From positions 2,880,001-2,944,000 of the forward strand of contig OZ253462.1 in NCBI GenBank assembly GCA_965261395.1: a stretch of DNA of 64,000 nt, in the 5' to 3' direction. Positions 20,310 to 29,731 of the stretch are shown here, one piece after another (positions within the stretch are counted from its first letter, which is position 1; every line of letters starts with the position of its first letter). The notes under the pieces were generated by a model. The model was not told where the DNA came from and did not search any database. It saw only the letters and a list, made by a program, of their open reading frames with translations. The DNA is from Candidatus Latescibacterota bacterium (GTDB taxonomy: Bacteria; Latescibacterota; UBA2968; UBA8231). A program made the translations under genes and the position numbers.

Positions 20310-21065
20310 CTAGTAACCAATGCTGTGCATGTACTGGCGGTTGATTTGCATTTTCTCGGTTTCGGGTCGCTCGGCTTCTCCGGGGCGGACTGTGACCCAG
20401 CCGGCGTATCCAGCCTCCTGCAACGCCGCCATAAATGCCGGGTAGTCGCACATGGGGCCTTCGCCCAGTTCCACGGTCTGTCCGTCTTTGAAGTCATGCA
20501 GATGCACGTACGCGATCCGCGCGGCAAAATCGCGCACGGCTTGGACCGGGTCGTAGCCCCAATGTACGGCGTGAGACATGTCCATACAGAGGCAACACAC
20601 GTCTAGGCGACGCATGAAGCGCTTCCACTCGTCGGCGCTGTTGACGAGGTGATTGATATGCGGATGAAATGTAACCACAACGCCCAAGTTAGCGCCGTAC
20701 GCGGCTAGGTCCTCGTACGCGGCCGCCATCTGGTCCAACTCCGCGTCCGTGCCGTTGCGGCCTTCGCGCCCCGGGCCTTTGGTCATAAAGGTCTCGACCC
20801 CGAGCTCGGCGGCAAACTCGATTCGCCGCTTGTTGATCTGTTGGCTCGGCCCGTCGAGGTTCAGCACGACATTCGGCCCGCAGACGGCGGCCACTTCCAC
20901 GCCCGATGCCTCGCAGAGCTGTCGCACGCGCTGCGGCGTGCCCAGCCAGTCGAGCGGCTGTCGCGCCTCCCAGCCGTCCCAGCCAAAAGCCCGCAGGGCC
21001 GCTAGCTCTTGCGCTAGGTCGGGTGCCCGCCAGAATAGGCCGCTGTACGCCAATTTGTAGCTCAT
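20310..21065 (-). CDS. sugar phosphate isomerase/epimerase (xylose isomerase-like TIM barrel)
   Basis: FHPH, DMSH, YVHLHD, ELGEG..DY; start reassigned to MSYKL. Confidence 0.85.
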   Translation of the reverse strand: MSYKLAYSGLFWRAPDLAQELAALRAFGWDGWEARQPLDWLGTPQRVRQLCEASGVEVAAVCGPNVVLNLDGPSQQINKRRIEFAAELGVETFMTKGPGREGRNGTDAELDQMAAAYEDLAAYGANLGVVVTFHPHINHLVNSADEWKRFMRRLDVCCLCMDMSHAVHWGYDPVQAVRDFAARIAYVHLHDFKDGQTVELGEGPMCDYPAFMAALQEAGYAGWVTVRPGEAERPETEKMQINRQYMHSIGY

Positions 21066-21217
21066 TTCCCTACGCCTGCCTACGAGGCCCCAATGTACCC
21101 AACCGCCGAGGCTGGAGCAATGGACCGTTGCCGTTGTGAATAGAAATTTAAACGAGATGTTACTTGGGGCATCATATAACTGAAATAGGCGCGAAATTAG
21201 AAGCGGTTTCGCACCTT

Positions 21218-21304
21218 TTGGCCGACATGCTGGACCAGGTGACGGAAGACAATCTTCATTCCGAGTTGGACACCGGTCCAGCCCAAGGCAACGAGGCATG
21301 GTAG
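21218..21304 (+). pseudogene. 3' remnant of a MazE/AbrB-family antitoxin
   Basis: Translates LADMLDQVTEDNLHSELDTGPAQGNEAW*, matching the typical MazE C-terminus; ends in ATGGTAG, a typical mazE/mazF overlap. Confidence 0.65.
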
Positions 21305-21314
21305 AGCGGTGGAA

Positions 21315-22301
21315 TCACGTCCATGCAAATACCACGCCCAATGCCTCTTTTGGCTTGTCGGCGAGCATGTCGTAGGTGGTTTGGCAATCGGCGGGGTTGG
21401 CGACGTGGGTGATCAGATCTTCGATGGGTAACTTGCCGGCGGCCATCAGGCGCAAGACCAGATCGCGGTCTCTGTTTTTGTTCCAAGGATAATAGATGTG
21501 GTCATCGTCCGGGGTTTTGGGCTGGTGTGCGCCGAGGATCGCGATTTCGCGCTGGTGAACCTCGGGCAAAAAGCTCACTTCGACAGTGCCGCGCGGAGAT
21601 CCTAGCGCGACTAGGCGGCCCCCTAGCCGCGGCAAGGTCAGCGCCATGGGATAGACTGCGGGGATGCCGGTTGCTTCGATGACTATATCGACGCCGTCTC
21701 CCACGCAATGCTGGCGCACGGCTGCGGCGACATCGCCGTTGGGATTGATGCAAACATCTGCGCCCCGGTCTTTGGCTTTGCCCAAGCGGAATTCGTCTAG
21801 ATCGATTGCAATGACCGGGAGGGCACCGGCCAACCGCGCAAAGGTCGCTGCCAATTGGCCCACAATGCCCATGCCGGTGATGGCAACAGCCTCGCCCAAT
21901 TCGGGACGACCAACTCGATGCCCGTGCAGGGCAATGGCGCACATGACCATGAAGGCCGCGGATTGGGGCGAGACGTCGGCGGGTGCTTGGTGGAAATTGC
22001 CGGTCAGAACTGCGTGGCTGGCGTGGTTGCCTTGGCCAGTAATGCGGTCGCCGGGTTGTATCTCCTGCACGTCTTTGCCGACTTCGAGCACCACGCCTGT
22101 GTTGCAGTAGCCGGTGGAGCGCGGAAAATTTCTCGCACTCGAAGGTTCGCCGCCGTGTGCGTAGCTGTAGATTTCAGTGCCAACGCTTACGGCGGTGTAG
22201 TCGTTTTGCACCAAAATGCCGTGGTCGGGCACGCGCGGCAGCTCAAATTCCGCCAATTCGATCCGCCGGATGTCGGTGCATATTAATCGCTGTGCTTTCA
22301 T
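21315..22301 (-). CDS. zinc-binding (MDR family) dehydrogenase
   Basis: SVGTE, GYCNTG, GMGIVG, IEATG; start reassigned to MKAQR. Confidence 0.85.
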   Translation of the reverse strand: MKAQRLICTDIRRIELAEFELPRVPDHGILVQNDYTAVSVGTEIYSYAHGGEPSSARNFPRSTGYCNTGVVLEVGKDVQEIQPGDRITGQGNHASHAVLTGNFHQAPADVSPQSAAFMVMCAIALHGHRVGRPELGEAVAITGMGIVGQLAATFARLAGALPVIAIDLDEFRLGKAKDRGADVCINPNGDVAAAVRQHCVGDGVDIVIEATGIPAVYPMALTLPRLGGRLVALGSPRGTVEVSFLPEVHQREIAILGAHQPKTPDDDHIYYPWNKNRDRDLVLRLMAAGKLPIEDLITHVANPADCQTTYDMLADKPKEALGVVFAWT

Positions 22302-22315
22302 GGCTAGCTCGGCTC

Positions 22316-23872
22316 TCAGCAGTGGTCGGTGAAGCGGCGTTGGTCTTTGTGCCGAAGGTGGCGCGAGTCGAATTCTAGCGATCCGTTTGCCGCGACTGAA
22401 TCGAGAAAGTCGAGCGCCACGCGAATGGATTCGAGCAGGTGTTCTGCCATGCCTCGGGTGAGGTTGCTTTTTACGACAATGCGGAACATACACGATTCCG
22501 CGTCCGCGTCGTGAAAAAGAGGTAGTTGCTCACCCGACAGGGGATGGTCGAATTGCATGCGATAGCTGCCCACATACCAGTGATGCTGGGAAAGCACATG
22601 CTGCAGGTCAACATCATCGTAGTTCAACTCGCATGCTGGATTCAGCATCGCCGTCACCACCGGCAGGCATCCCTCGTCGCCGTGGTCGAGCATGGCGAAG
22701 CGAGGTTTGCCAGCGTGGGTCATCGCCCGCAGCCCGTCGCGCAGGTAACGAGCGTTCTCCATCATATTGTCGCAGCATTGGCGGTAACCGGATATACCAT
22801 AGTGCAGCAGCTTGTAGTATTGGCCATAAACCCCCGTTGCCGGCCTGGAGAAATTCAAGGTATATGACTCCGCCTTGCCGCCAAGGTAGCTCACGGAGAT
22901 GGCGACGTGGTCACTCAGGTCGGCGCGATGCCGCCAGACGATCCAACCCGTGCCGCAAATGGATTCGCCATACTTGTGCCCGCTGGAGGATATCGACAAC
23001 ACGTTCCCAACGCGGAAGTCCCACGGAGGCAGGTCGTCTTGGAAAGGCGCGATGAAGCCGCCGGATGCGGCATCGACATGGATGCCAACCTGATAGCCCC
23101 TTGCCGCGTTGACTTGGTCGATAACATCGCTCACTTCTTGGACTGGATCGTAGTGTCCGCCATAGTGATTGCCCATGATGCAAACCACGCCGATGGTCTG
23201 ATCGTCGATCTGCTCGCGCACCTTTTCTGGGTCTAACGCGAATGTGTTCACCGACGGCTGGATCAATCTCGGTTCGACATCCATGTATTTGAACAACTTT
23301 TCCCACGCCGCCTGAAAACAGGTGGAGATGATCAGGTTCGGACGGGCGTGCAGGATTTGTTCCACTGTTTTCCGCTGGCGCTTGGCGTGCCAATTGCGCC
23401 AGCGGAATTTCAGCGCCAGCCCGGCGAGCAGGCAAGCCTCAGTGGAACCGACGGTGCCCGCGCCCGCGAAGACACCGTAGTCTTCAAACTCCGGGTCTTT
23501 GGGGCAATGCCACAGGTTGGCGATCATGTTGACGGTCGCGTCGTGCAGCTTATACGACTGGGGATATACCGTCTGGTCGGCGAGGTTCACCCGCAGACCC
23601 ATGAGGGCGATGGCCTCCTCCTCGCGCTCAAGGGCGACGTTCACGTAGGAAGAGGTATTCAGCCGGTGATCGAAATCGAGCGCATGCGCGTTTTCCACCA
23701 TCAGCTTGACGGCCTCTCGATCCAACCCGGTATCGGGAAGGCGCTGTAGGTTGAACCAGTCCTGTTGGACTAGGGGAGACCAGTAATAACCACTGCTACT
23801 CGCCTGCGCCTGCTCCAGCTTTGCGCGGAGTTGCTCTACTTCTTGCCGTAAATGAGTTATTTCGTCCGCCAT
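22316..23872 (-). CDS. gadB: PLP-dependent group II decarboxylase, glutamate decarboxylase-like
   Basis: TVGSTEACLLAGLALKFRW, IHVDAASGGF, SSGHKYG, TLNFSRP. Confidence 0.8.
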   Translation of the reverse strand: MADEITHLRQEVEQLRAKLEQAQASSSGYYWSPLVQQDWFNLQRLPDTGLDREAVKLMVENAHALDFDHRLNTSSYVNVALEREEEAIALMGLRVNLADQTVYPQSYKLHDATVNMIANLWHCPKDPEFEDYGVFAGAGTVGSTEACLLAGLALKFRWRNWHAKRQRKTVEQILHARPNLIISTCFQAAWEKLFKYMDVEPRLIQPSVNTFALDPEKVREQIDDQTIGVVCIMGNHYGGHYDPVQEVSDVIDQVNAARGYQVGIHVDAASGGFIAPFQDDLPPWDFRVGNVLSISSSGHKYGESICGTGWIVWRHRADLSDHVAISVSYLGGKAESYTLNFSRPATGVYGQYYKLLHYGISGYRQCCDNMMENARYLRDGLRAMTHAGKPRFAMLDHGDEGCLPVVTAMLNPACELNYDDVDLQHVLSQHHWYVGSYRMQFDHPLSGEQLPLFHDADAESCMFRIVVKSNLTRGMAEHLLESIRVALDFLDSVAANGSLEFDSRHLRHKDQRRFTDHC

Positions 23873-23952
23873 GGGCTTTTTTCACTCCTCTTTTTAAGCA
23901 GTCTGTTGAATGGTTATATACAATAGGCCAACAGGCGTTTTCGGCACCCGGC

Positions 23953-25431
23953 TCAGCCGGAGGCATCCGGGTCCCAGATCGCTACCGGATTCGCCGGGTG
24001 CGGATCGACGGGCCAGAGCCCGCGGCCGCTTCCCGTGAACGGAATGGAGGCGAAGTCTAGGGTGCAGACCCCGGGGCCGTCGAACAGCAGGCCGCGCTCC
24101 CAGCGGGTGCCGAAGGCCGCCATCCACCCGGTCATGCTCTTGGCCATGACCGCGAGGGCGGCGTCCGGCTGCAGCCCGGCGCACTCGTAGAAGGCCGGAT
24201 CCGGAGTCATCGCCGGGTACGAGCAGGCGACGAGCTGGATCTGCCCCGACTCGACGACCGCGGCTTCCCCCATCGAGAAGGCCTGGCCCGTGTAGGCTCC
24301 GCCGCGGGCCTTGTAGTTCCCCTCTCCGGTCCAGGTCACGCGCCCTTCCCAGGAGACCGGCGGGTCGCCGGTGGTGAAGCGGGTCGCCCCGCGGCGGGCC
24401 GCGGCGACGGTGCCCGGGTCGACCACCCAGAGCAGCACCTTGCCGGGCAGCTCTTCGCGGAGCGGCAGCAGCCACCGCAGGGCCTCGGCGCTGTGGCCGG
24501 GGGAGCCTCCGGCGGTCGCGTCCGCGGTGTCGGCCAGCACCCAAGGCTCTGGACCCTTGCGCCGGAGCCTCTGCAGGATCTCCGGCCAGGGGGTGAGCCG
24601 ACTTCTCCAGTGGTGCCTCTGGGCGTACCACTCGCCGGCGAGCTGCTGCAGCTCATCGAGGGGGACGCCGCCTCCGGCAGCGGTGACGACCACGGAAGAG
24701 CCCATTTCGTCGATGTCCATCCAGGGCTGCACCGGCAGGATGCAGACGTCGAGGACGTCTCCGTGCCGCCGTTCCAGCTCGCGGGCGCGGGTGAGCAGGT
24801 CGCACAGGTTCCCCTCGAAATGGGTGCTGTCCGTCGGGGGCATCAGGGCGGACACCTTGGCCGCGGCGCGGGTGAAGGGGCCCGGGTGCAGGGCCAGGCA
24901 CGCGGCGCGCTCGCCGGTGGCGGTGAAGTCCATGTGGGGGAAGGTTCGGTACGCGGTGACCGCGTCGGCGTGCCGCAGCATGCGGCGGGTGAAGTTGGCG
25001 TGCAGGTCGAGGGAGAGCACGACCCGGCCGCGGTAGCCGAGATCGGTGCGCACCTGCTCGAGGAGGTACCCCTCGGGATCGTCTTCGCCGTCGGCGGCCG
25101 CGGCCCCGTGCAGGTGGAGGATGAGGACGTCGAACGGCATCGCGGCGGCGACCCGGTCGAGCAGGGTGCCGCTGATCTCGCGCAAGCAGGCGGCGCTCAG
25201 GCGTCCGGCGGGAGAGCCGCAGAGGGCGGTGAAACAGGGGGCGGTTTCCCAGCCGGCTGCGGCCAGCGTCTCTAGGCTGCCGTGCATCTGCGAGTCGGTC
25301 CCGGCGGCCCAGGCGCGCACCCGGGCTTCGTCTTCGAGGAAGACTCCTCCTTTCCTGAAGAGGTCAATCTCCGCCAGGCCGGGGGCGAAGGTGTTGCTTT
25401 CGAAGATGAACTGGGCGAGGGCGGCTTTCAT
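23953..25431 (-). CDS. M81 family metallopeptidase (MlrC-like)
   Basis: FESNTF, LHGA, LDLHAN, YRTFPHMD, DTADATAGG; visibly more GC-rich than its neighbours. Confidence 0.88.
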   Translation of the reverse strand: MKAALAQFIFESNTFAPGLAEIDLFRKGGVFLEDEARVRAWAAGTDSQMHGSLETLAAAGWETAPCFTALCGSPAGRLSAACLREISGTLLDRVAAAMPFDVLILHLHGAAAADGEDDPEGYLLEQVRTDLGYRGRVVLSLDLHANFTRRMLRHADAVTAYRTFPHMDFTATGERAACLALHPGPFTRAAAKVSALMPPTDSTHFEGNLCDLLTRARELERRHGDVLDVCILPVQPWMDIDEMGSSVVVTAAGGGVPLDELQQLAGEWYAQRHHWRSRLTPWPEILQRLRRKGPEPWVLADTADATAGGSPGHSAEALRWLLPLREELPGKVLLWVVDPGTVAAARRGATRFTTGDPPVSWEGRVTWTGEGNYKARGGAYTGQAFSMGEAAVVESGQIQLVACSYPAMTPDPAFYECAGLQPDAALAVMAKSMTGWMAAFGTRWERGLLFDGPGVCTLDFASIPFTGSGRGLWPVDPHPANPVAIWDPDASG

Positions 25432-25550
25432 CGGACAGCTCGGGTAATGGGTTGTAATCCCAGCGGCTCTAACATATCCAATGCGGTGAAGGCGGGGCCA
25501 ACCGGGGCCCTAGGTAGGATCACGCCCCACACAATCCCCGGCTAGTCCGT

Positions 25551-27044
25551 TCAAGAACCGGCCACCCGCAAACCTGCGAGTACCTCGCGGAAGCTGTTGA
25601 GACCTGCCTCTATGTTCTCGATGATCTCCTCGGCGAGCTCGTCGGGATCGGGCAGGTTGTCCAGGTCTGTCAGGCTTTTGTCCTTGAGCCAGAAGATGTC
25701 GAGACTGGTCTTGTCGCGCGCGCTGATTTCCTCGTAGCTGTAGCTGCGCCAACGGCCTTCCGGTGCGTCGTTTTCGTCCCAAGTCGCCTTGCGCTGGTGT
25801 CGGTTCTGGGGGTTATAGCAGTTGATGAAGTCCGACAGATCCTCGAAGCGCATCGGCTTCTTCTTCAGCGTATGGTGAATATTGGTGCGGTAGTCGTAGT
25901 ACCAGACCTGCTTCGTCCAGGGGTTCGGGCTGGCTTCGTGGTTGTCGAAGAAGATCACATTGGCCTTGACGCCTTGCGCGTAGAACACGCCGGTCGGCAA
26001 GCGCAGGATGGTGTGCAGGTCGGTGTTGTCCAGCAGCTTCTTGCGGATCGTCTCACCGGCACCGCCTTCAAACAGCACGTTGTCGGGAACGACGACGGCA
26101 GCACGGCCAGTGGTCTTGAGCATTGTGCGGATGTGCTGCACGAAATTTAGTTGTTTGTTCGAGGTCGTGGCCCAGAAGTCTTGGCGGTTGTAGGTGAGGT
26201 CGTCTTTCTCCTGTTCGCCCTCCTCGTTTGTGAAGCTCATGGAGCTTTTCTTGCCGAAGGGCGGATTCGCGAGGACATAATCAAAGCGCTCTCCGCCATC
26301 GGCCACTAGCGAGTCATTGGGCGATATGGGTACGCCACCGTCGATCTCGCCGATGTTGTGTAGGAACATGTTCATCAGGCACAGACGGCGCGTATTGGCG
26401 ACGATCTCGTTGCCGTGAAACGCCTTGTGTTTCAGGAACTCCTTTTGCGACCTATCGAGATTGAAGTTGGCTGGATTGGTGATGAAGTCGTAGGCGGCGA
26501 GGAAGAAACCGCCTGTGCCGCAGGCCGGGTCGGCGATGAGCGTGCCCGGTTCGGGCCGGACGCATTCGACCATAGCGCGGATGAGGGCGCGCGGCGTGAA
26601 ATACTGGCCTGCACCTGACTTGGTATCTTCGGCGTTCTTCTCTAGGAGTCCTTCGTAAATATCTCCTTTCACGTCGGCACCCATGGTCACCCATTCGGTG
26701 TCGTCCACCATGTCGATGAGGCGGAACAGCTTTGCCGGGTCCTGGATCTTGTTCTGGGCCTTGGTGAAGATCTGGCCCAGCATGTCCGTCTTGGTGCCAA
26801 GCTCGCGAAGCAAGGTGACATAGTGGTTTTCGAGTTCCGCACCGTTCTTCGATTTCAGGCTCTGCCAGTTGAATTCGGCTGGGATGCCGACGTCGCGGTT
26901 GTACGGTGGTTTGGCGTATTCGTCGGCCATCTTGAGGAAGATCAGATAGGTGAGCTGTTCTAGGTAATCGCCATAGCTCACCCCGTCATCGCGTAGGGTG
27001 GTGCAGAAGCTCCAGACTTTGGAGACGATGGGAGCGGTGTTCAT
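25551..27044 (-). CDS. hsdM: type I R-M system N6-adenine methyltransferase subunit
   Basis: LRDDGVSY, GQYFTPR, DPACGTGGF, NPPF. Confidence 0.96.
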   Translation of the reverse strand: MNTAPIVSKVWSFCTTLRDDGVSYGDYLEQLTYLIFLKMADEYAKPPYNRDVGIPAEFNWQSLKSKNGAELENHYVTLLRELGTKTDMLGQIFTKAQNKIQDPAKLFRLIDMVDDTEWVTMGADVKGDIYEGLLEKNAEDTKSGAGQYFTPRALIRAMVECVRPEPGTLIADPACGTGGFFLAAYDFITNPANFNLDRSQKEFLKHKAFHGNEIVANTRRLCLMNMFLHNIGEIDGGVPISPNDSLVADGGERFDYVLANPPFGKKSSMSFTNEEGEQEKDDLTYNRQDFWATTSNKQLNFVQHIRTMLKTTGRAAVVVPDNVLFEGGAGETIRKKLLDNTDLHTILRLPTGVFYAQGVKANVIFFDNHEASPNPWTKQVWYYDYRTNIHHTLKKKPMRFEDLSDFINCYNPQNRHQRKATWDENDAPEGRWRSYSYEEISARDKTSLDIFWLKDKSLTDLDNLPDPDELAEEIIENIEAGLNSFREVLAGLRVAGS

Positions 27045-28192
27045 GTGGGAGCATTCTTTCGTTTGATTTGTTCGGCGAGCGCCTCGCCTTGAGCGGTTCG
27101 GCGATAGCGCTGGTTTTGGCTATTCGGCTTGTCGGGGAGGGTCATTTCAACCAGCTTGGCCTTGAGGGCGGGCTTTAGATAGGCGGTGGTGAAGTGGCGG
27201 CGGTGTCTCAATTGCAGCGCCATTTGCAATTCTGTCCGGCTCATCTCTCTGGTGAGCGCAATCACCAGTTGCTCAACTTGGTCGGTCACTTGGTCGGTCA
27301 CTTGGTCGGTATGCCGCATATCGTCTTGTTTTATCAATGACTTATCTTGTCCGGTCTCATGTTCGGTCGCCGCAAGAGAAGCCCGTTCATGCACTGGCAA
27401 TCGCACCAGAAACCAGGTTCGGTTCTCGTCGCTTTCGAAGATGGGTTCGGGTGAGCCGTTCTGCCGCATGGCCCGGAAAATCTTCGGCACGCCGGTTGAG
27501 CGCGCCTCGGCGAGGTCGAGTTCTTTCAGAAACATCGTCTCGGGCGGGCCGCCGACGATATTCAGGCGCTTGCCCAAGTCCTCAACAGATAGGCCCTCTG
27601 CTTCCGATGCTAGTTCGCTGCCGATTTCCCCGAGAAACTCACGGATCAGCCGATGGGACAGGTCATCAAGCGAAGCAGTCTGGCGATAGCGGTCGTCAAA
27701 AGGTACTGTGGCCGCCAGACTGAGCAGCTCACGCTCGTCCTGACCCTTGGCGCGAACCGTGCTGCTGTGTCTGCGAATGAAGTAGGCCCAATCGTTGCGC
27801 TCCGCACTCAGATTCACTTTGGCTTTGTAGGGACGGGTTTCGCCGCCGGGCACCCAGAGGACGAGGATGGTCTGGCCATCGACGTTATAGGTAGCGGTGA
27901 GGGGATGGTAATGCGGCTGTATGGCGGCATGCCCCAGATTGAGTAGTTCCTTCTGTATCGCATCGATGGCATCGGGCCTGATGCCCTTGGGCGGCAAAAT
28001 TGGGCGGCCATTTTGTTCCTCGACGCCCAAGACCACGTAACCGCCGCCTAGATTGTGGAAGTCGTTAGCGAAGGCGCAGATGGTATGCAGCACGCTCTGC
28101 GGATTCCAACCAGCTTTGTACTCGATGCGTTCGCCTTCGACGGTGCGCTGGCGCAGCAGGTGGTCGATGTTGATGGGAAGTTTGCCGGTCAT
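27041..28192 (-). CDS. AlbA_2/Schlafen-domain protein with HATPase-like remnant and C-terminal wHTH; probably internally deleted
   Basis: EGERIEYK, ICAFAN..GGYVVLGV; abrupt GGPPETMF|LKELDLAEARSTG junction; TDQV repeats; PDKPNSQNQRYR. Confidence 0.75.
   Translation of the reverse strand: MTGKLPINIDHLLRQRTVEGERIEYKAGWNPQSVLHTICAFANDFHNLGGGYVVLGVEEQNGRPILPPKGIRPDAIDAIQKELLNLGHAAIQPHYHPLTATYNVDGQTILVLWVPGGETRPYKAKVNLSAERNDWAYFIRRHSSTVRAKGQDERELLSLAATVPFDDRYRQTASLDDLSHRLIREFLGEIGSELASEAEGLSVEDLGKRLNIVGGPPETMFLKELDLAEARSTGVPKIFRAMRQNGSPEPIFESDENRTWFLVRLPVHERASLAATEHETGQDKSLIKQDDMRHTDQVTDQVTDQVEQLVIALTREMSRTELQMALQLRHRRHFTTAYLKPALKAKLVEMTLPDKPNSQNQRYRRTAQGEALAEQIKRKNAPT
27276..27310. repeat. 12-bp tandem repeat (~3 copies) encoding TDQV
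   Basis: (acttggtcggtc)2 acttggtcggt. Confidence 0.9.
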
Positions 28193-29730
28193 GCTGTTGC
28201 TGTCGTGCGTCTGCGTTTCGCCCGCGTGTTGTTTTGAGATCGTGCAGCTTTTTCGGCTTTGATGCGCTCAAGAAGGATGGATGCAGGCTCGTCATCTGGG
28301 TCTTGCGGGACGAGTTGGCCGGAGAATGCTTTTTTCAGGAGGGATTGGCGCAGCATCTCCGCCTGATTCAAGGCCGAATCGATCTCTCGCTCCTGCTGCT
28401 CGATCGCCGCGAATCGCTCCTCCAACAGTCGGACAATTTCTTGCTGTTCGGCCAGAGAGCAGAGAGGGAGCGCGATCTGAGCAAACTTGAATGCACTTAA
28501 GTGGTTGATTCCCACGCCGCCTGCAACTTGAGCAAATTTCCCGCTCACATAGAAGAAGCGATACAACCAAAGCAGATAAACCGCATAGTCACGACAATAT
28601 GGTTGATGCCTGATAACGGTGTTTTGAAAGCAGCAATTCGGGATCTGATCGTCCCAAATCGCTGGCTTTCCGACTTGCGCTGCGCTGCCGGATGCTTCAG
28701 ACAGCACCAAATCACCCTTTTCCAAACGGTATACGCTTAGTTCGTGAGGAAGGAAGTCCATGTCGAGAACGTCGTCCAAGTCCAAACCTTGTTCTGTAAT
28801 GTTCGCAGCTCGGATGTACTTCGTGGGGTAATCCTTAGACCTGTTCTTTGGAGAACGTTGTCGACCAAGTTGGACGATTCCTATAGACTCGGCGGTCAAC
28901 CATAGCCAACCACTCGGCAGTGATTCTAGGTGGTCAGTCTCCTCTTCTGCCATCGTTGAAACTGGCTTGGGCATTCTTGACCGTGCCGGCCTCTTGCCTA
29001 ACTTGCCACCTTCCTCCCATTCCTTTACAGCAGCCTTCCACTCCTGAAGTTGCTTTTCGTAACGCGCTTCCCGCTCCTGTTTGATGCGAGCGAGCAATTG
29101 TTCGGGCGTCTCAAGCTTGTCTTTGTTCTCTTCGCGCCATTGGGCCGTGAGCTTGCCTTCGAAGGCGTGTTTGAGCACGGCTTGGTGGTAGATATTGAGC
29201 TTCGCCCGCGCCGCCTTCAGGCTCTCTATACCCTTGTCCAGTTCGGAAAATAGTTCCTCGATCTTGGCGACGATGCGGCGTTGTTCATTCTGTGGGGCAA
29301 GAGGAAGTTTACTCTTTTTGAGAAATGCGTAATGCCTTGAATACCCGCGATCCGGCAGACGCAATGCCCTGCAAGCATAGTACGCGAAACGTTCGTTGAT
29401 AGTAATTGGCCTGAGCACCTTTACTCCGTCGGCACCAGGAGCGAATCGAAATCCGACTAGCTTGAAGCATTTTGTATGATCACCAAAAACTATCAGGGCA
29501 CGATTCGGTCGGATGCTCCTTGATGCGTCATTTGTGAACCCTCCAATTAAATTGACTCCCTGATCAACTATCGGAATCGTGCCGGAGGAAAGATACTCTT
29601 TTTGCGGAATCTTGAGATGCGAAAGAGAAATGTTTTCGAATGCATCTTCAAAATCTATTTGCTCCCAATGCGGTGGGATATCCAGCGGCGTTGGTGTCCA
29701 TTCATCTGTGTGGGAAGAAAGATTACTCAT
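28189..29730 (-). CDS. hsdS: type I R-M specificity subunit
   Basis: Two TRDs with LAPQNEQRRIVAKIEELFS and LAEQQEIVRLL; AFSGQLVPQDPDDEPASILLERIK. Confidence 0.94.
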   Translation of the reverse strand: MSNLSSHTDEWTPTPLDIPPHWEQIDFEDAFENISLSHLKIPQKEYLSSGTIPIVDQGVNLIGGFTNDASRSIRPNRALIVFGDHTKCFKLVGFRFAPGADGVKVLRPITINERFAYYACRALRLPDRGYSRHYAFLKKSKLPLAPQNEQRRIVAKIEELFSELDKGIESLKAARAKLNIYHQAVLKHAFEGKLTAQWREENKDKLETPEQLLARIKQEREARYEKQLQEWKAAVKEWEEGGKLGKRPARSRMPKPVSTMAEEETDHLESLPSGWLWLTAESIGIVQLGRQRSPKNRSKDYPTKYIRAANITEQGLDLDDVLDMDFLPHELSVYRLEKGDLVLSEASGSAAQVGKPAIWDDQIPNCCFQNTVIRHQPYCRDYAVYLLWLYRFFYVSGKFAQVAGGVGINHLSAFKFAQIALPLCSLAEQQEIVRLLEERFAAIEQQEREIDSALNQAEMLRQSLLKKAFSGQLVPQDPDDEPASILLERIKAEKAARSQNNTRAKRRRTTATA

Positions 29731-29731
29731 G

